Source: Candidatus Limnocylindrales bacterium (lineage in GTDB: Bacteria > Chloroflexota > Limnocylindria > Limnocylindrales > CSP1-4). From it: a stretch of 64,000 nucleotides of DNA. Shown piece by piece: positions 61,477 through 64,000 of this stretch (position 1 is the first letter of the stretch; every line of letters begins with the position of its first letter). The stretch covers positions 1,299-65,298 of the forward strand of contig DASYTK010000040.1 in the NCBI GenBank assembly GCA_036002405.1. The letters run 5' to 3'. The notes under the pieces are model-generated. The model had not been told where the DNA came from. It ran no database searches and saw only the letters and a list, made by a program, of their open reading frames with translations. A program made the translations under genes and the position numbers.

Positions 61477-62280
61477 ATGGGCATCCCAGGACGCATGCTG
61501 CCGCCGGTGGTTCCGCTCGTCGCCCTGGCGCTCGCCGGCGCGATCGTCGGCGGCTCCGGCCGCGACGCGCTCGCGGGCTCCGAGCGGGCCCCGGCGACGG
61601 CCGCCGGGTTGAGCCCCCCTGCCGCCGGGGGCCGCCGCGCGCTCGATCCACCGCCCCGGCCGGGTCCGTTCGGGATCGACCTCTACCGTGGCGGTGACTT
61701 CGTCTCCCAGGCGACGCCGGACTGGTGCGTGGCGGCTTCGATGCTCACGATGATGAACATCGTCGACGAGGGCGCCGACCACTCGACGGCAAGGCAGCGG
61801 AGGCTCTACGACCTTGCCCGAACGCGCTCGACGTGGCGACTCGTGGGACCGGGCGCCGAGCCGGAGGGCTGGGCTCGCGGTCTCGACGCGCTCGGCTATG
61901 GGCCGTACGCCGTGCACGTGGATGACACGCGCTCCGGGGCGATCAGGACGGCCGCGCGGGCCCTGCGCATGACGGGCCGCCCGGTCGGTCTCCTGCTCTG
62001 GCACGGTGCCCACGCCTGGGTGATGTCCGGCTTCGAGGCCACCGCGGATCCGGCCTACACCGACGACTTCGCGGTCACGGCCCTGTCTGTCGAGGACGCC
62101 TGGTACCCGCGGATCAGCTCGGTCTGGGGGGCGTCGCGACCGCCGGACACCCTCGTCCCGCTGGAGGCCCTCTCGGAGGCGTACTTACCCTGGCGACGCC
62201 CCAGCGTCCGCTATCCGGAGAAGGACGGCTTGTTCGTGCTCGTCCTGCCGATCGCCGAGGCGCCGGCCCGGCTTCGCTGA
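61477..62280 (+). CDS. Secreted papain/C39-like putative cysteine peptidase, paralog 3
   Basis: It has a signal sequence, then SQATPDWCVAASMLTMM and GAHAWVMSGF. It is collinear with paralog 1 along the whole domain. Confidence 0.65.
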   Translation: MGIPGRMLPPVVPLVALALAGAIVGGSGRDALAGSERAPATAAGLSPPAAGGRRALDPPPRPGPFGIDLYRGGDFVSQATPDWCVAASMLTMMNIVDEGADHSTARQRRLYDLARTRSTWRLVGPGAEPEGWARGLDALGYGPYAVHVDDTRSGAIRTAARALRMTGRPVGLLLWHGAHAWVMSGFEATADPAYTDDFAVTALSVEDAWYPRISSVWGASRPPDTLVPLEALSEAYLPWRRPSVRYPEKDGLFVLVLPIAEAPARLR

Positions 62281-62300
62281 TCGCTCCTCCCCGGCCCCGG

Positions 62301-63758
62301 CTAGTCCCGGAGCACGCCCCGGAGACAGGAGCGGGCGGCGTGCCAGCCGCAGAGGCCGTGCACCCCGGTCCCAGGCGGCGTGGACGACGAGCAGATGAAG
62401 ATCCGAGGGTCGGGCGTCCGGTAGGGATCGACGCGGAGCGCCGGGCGGGTCCAGAACTGCCGGAGGTCCTGGAGGCCGCCCGTGATGTCGCCCCCGACCT
62501 CGTTCGGGTTCTCCCGCTCGAGGTCGGCCGGCGCCCGGCTTGCCAGGCCGATGATCCGCCCCCGCATGCCGGGGGCGAAGCGTTCGATCTCGTCGAGGAT
62601 CGCCTCGGTCATGTCGGCGGTCGAGCCGTTCGGGACGTGGCAGTAGGCCCAGACGGTGTGCCGACCGGCGGGCGCGCGCGAGGAGTCGAAGAGCGAGGGC
62701 TGGGCGAGGAGGACGAAGGGCCGCCGGGGCAGGCTCCCCCGGCGAACGGCATCCTCCCCCGCCGCGATCTCCTCGAGCGTGCCGCCCAGGTGGACGGTGG
62801 CCGAGCGGAGGATCCGCTCGTCGCTCCAGGGGATCGGGCCGTCGAGCGCGAGGTCGAGCTTGAAGACACCGGACCCGTGGCGGTAGCCGTGGAGCTGGCG
62901 GACATAGCGCCGGCCGAGCCGGCCGCGGGACAGCCGCTGGCCACAGATCGAGACGAGCTGGCGGGGCGTCACGTCGAAGAGCGCGGCCCGGTGATCCGGA
63001 AGATCGTCGATGCGCTGGACCCACCGCCCGGTGACGATCTCGCCGCCGAGGTCGACGAGGTGCCTGGCGAGTGCGTCGGCGATCCGCTGCGAGCCCCCTT
63101 CCGCGATCGGCCAGCCGACCGCGTGAGCGCTGCCGAGGAGCAGGAGGCCGAACGCTCCGCTCATCGGCTCGGAAAGTCGAAGCATCGAGTGAGCCGCGCA
63201 GCCGGCGAGGAGCGCCCGGGCCTGCGGAGTCCGCAGGCCGCGACACAACCGCGTGACCGGCTGGATCGCGCGGATCCCGAACGCGGCCGCGGCGAGCGCC
63301 TTCCGGGGATCGAGCGGCACCCGGAACGGTCCCGAGAGCTCGCCGAAGAGGAGCTCCCACTGACGGACCACGGGGGAGATCAGATCCCGGTAGGCACGAC
63401 GGTCGGGACCCAGTGAGCCCGCCGTCTCGTCCACGTCGCGCACCACGAACCCCGTCTCGTCGTCGTCGAGCGGGTGGGCCAGCTGGATCTCCGGCTCGAC
63501 CCAGCGCAGGCCCAGCCGCCCGAGCGGCAGCTCGCGGAAGAACGGTGACGAGCGGGCGAGCGGGTGGACCGCGCTGCAGACGTCGTGAAGGAAGCCGGGC
63601 AGCGTCAGCGCGGCCGAGCGACTCCCACCGCCGATCGTTTCCGCGCCTTCGAGGAGCCTGACGGATCGGCCTTCCCTGGCGAGCCCGATCGCCGCCGCCA
63701 GCCCGTTCGGGCCTCCGCCGACGACGACCGCGTCGACCGAGCGACCAGCGCCGTCCAT
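62301..63758 (-). CDS. Phytoene desaturase-family NAD(P)/FAD-dependent oxidoreductase
   Basis: The start at MDGAGRSVDAVVVGGGPNGLAAAIGLAREG gives a dinucleotide-binding N-terminus. CrtI-like length (485 aa). The upstream part of the track ORF was rejected. Confidence 0.8.
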   Translation of the reverse strand: MDGAGRSVDAVVVGGGPNGLAAAIGLAREGRSVRLLEGAETIGGGSRSAALTLPGFLHDVCSAVHPLARSSPFFRELPLGRLGLRWVEPEIQLAHPLDDDETGFVVRDVDETAGSLGPDRRAYRDLISPVVRQWELLFGELSGPFRVPLDPRKALAAAAFGIRAIQPVTRLCRGLRTPQARALLAGCAAHSMLRLSEPMSGAFGLLLLGSAHAVGWPIAEGGSQRIADALARHLVDLGGEIVTGRWVQRIDDLPDHRAALFDVTPRQLVSICGQRLSRGRLGRRYVRQLHGYRHGSGVFKLDLALDGPIPWSDERILRSATVHLGGTLEEIAAGEDAVRRGSLPRRPFVLLAQPSLFDSSRAPAGRHTVWAYCHVPNGSTADMTEAILDEIERFAPGMRGRIIGLASRAPADLERENPNEVGGDITGGLQDLRQFWTRPALRVDPYRTPDPRIFICSSSTPPGTGVHGLCGWHAARSCLRGVLRD

Positions 63759-63762
63759 CGCC

Positions 63763-64000
63763 TCAGGCCGCCCGGTCCAGCGTCGACTCGGGCCTCCGCC
63801 GGGACCTGGCCGGCTCGTCCTCGGGTTCCAGGCGCATCGGCGGCAGGTAGTCGCCGACGAGCGTCCGCGCCCACCAGGAGCCGGTCTCGCGGTGCTCCCG
63901 CCATGTCGTGAAGCGGTATTCATAGAACCGGGCCCGGACCCAGACCGGCGGGGCGTGCGAAAAGGGGTCACGACGGAGCAGCGAGCGGACGCCCCGGTCG
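63763..64000 (-). CDS. C-terminal end of a lipase-maturation-factor (LMF1)-like membrane protein (N-terminus outside the window)
   Basis: My hand translation of the minus strand gives ...RRDPFSHAPPVWVRARFYEYRFTTWREHRETGSWWARTLVGDYLPPMRLEP...*. The YxYRFT...WW.R...Y.P ending recalls bacterial LMF-family proteins (from memory). The stop is 4 nt from the next start. It is not in the ORF track because no start codon lies in the window. Confidence 0.4.
   Translation of the reverse strand, partial: DRGVRSLLRRDPFSHAPPVWVRARFYEYRFTTWREHRETGSWWARTLVGDYLPPMRLEPEDEPARSRRRPESTLDRAA

Overview
A 64-kb, very GC-rich chromosomal segment (about 70% by eye, not computed). Gene content looks like a high-GC Actinomycetota- or Chloroflexota-like bacterium; the taxon cannot be fixed from here. 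I support about 58 protein-coding genes, 2 tRNAs (Lys-CUU, Arg-UCG) and one IS256-family transposase next to a frameshifted hydrolase. There are several intergenic repeat families, no rRNA and no CRISPR array. Most of the window is core metabolism and repair: lhr-nei helicase/glycosylase operon, HDAC-type deacetylase, ECF sigma/anti-sigma, an M16 peptidase pair, carA/carB, Ku, aldehyde dehydrogenase, rhomboid, NDH-2, ABC transporters, a GH4/BadF/SIS amino-sugar operon, murJ. Many long track ORFs are Arg/Pro/Gly-rich shadow frames of real genes and were discarded.

Most interesting observations:
1. A 447-aa protein of unknown family carries a pol-beta nucleotidyltransferase-like GS-x11-DxD signature. 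It is translationally coupled to a small polytopic membrane protein and stacked on a MacB-type ABC exporter (30065-36569).
2. A ligase-like gene beside ku has its catalytic KxDG motif replaced by WWPG and has no OB domain.
3. Three paralogous secreted proteins with a papain/C39-like Cys...His arrangement bracket murJ.
4. The palindrome GTTAG-N8-CTAACA occurs twice: over the promoter of a DUF5937-like/ArsR regulator and upstream of an 83-aa Cys-Cys ORF.
5. Two unrelated intergenic repeat systems: a CTGYCAC-TACGAG hairpin family at two loci, and a 61-nt tandem repeat with an inverted partner.
6. A fused membrane/spermidine-synthase-like gene is inserted between carA and carB, and carB has no canonical start codon.

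All family assignments come from motif recognition by eye. No HMM, BLAST or structure search was run. Coordinates I derived by hand (tRNAs, motifs, adjusted starts) may be off by 1-2 nt.
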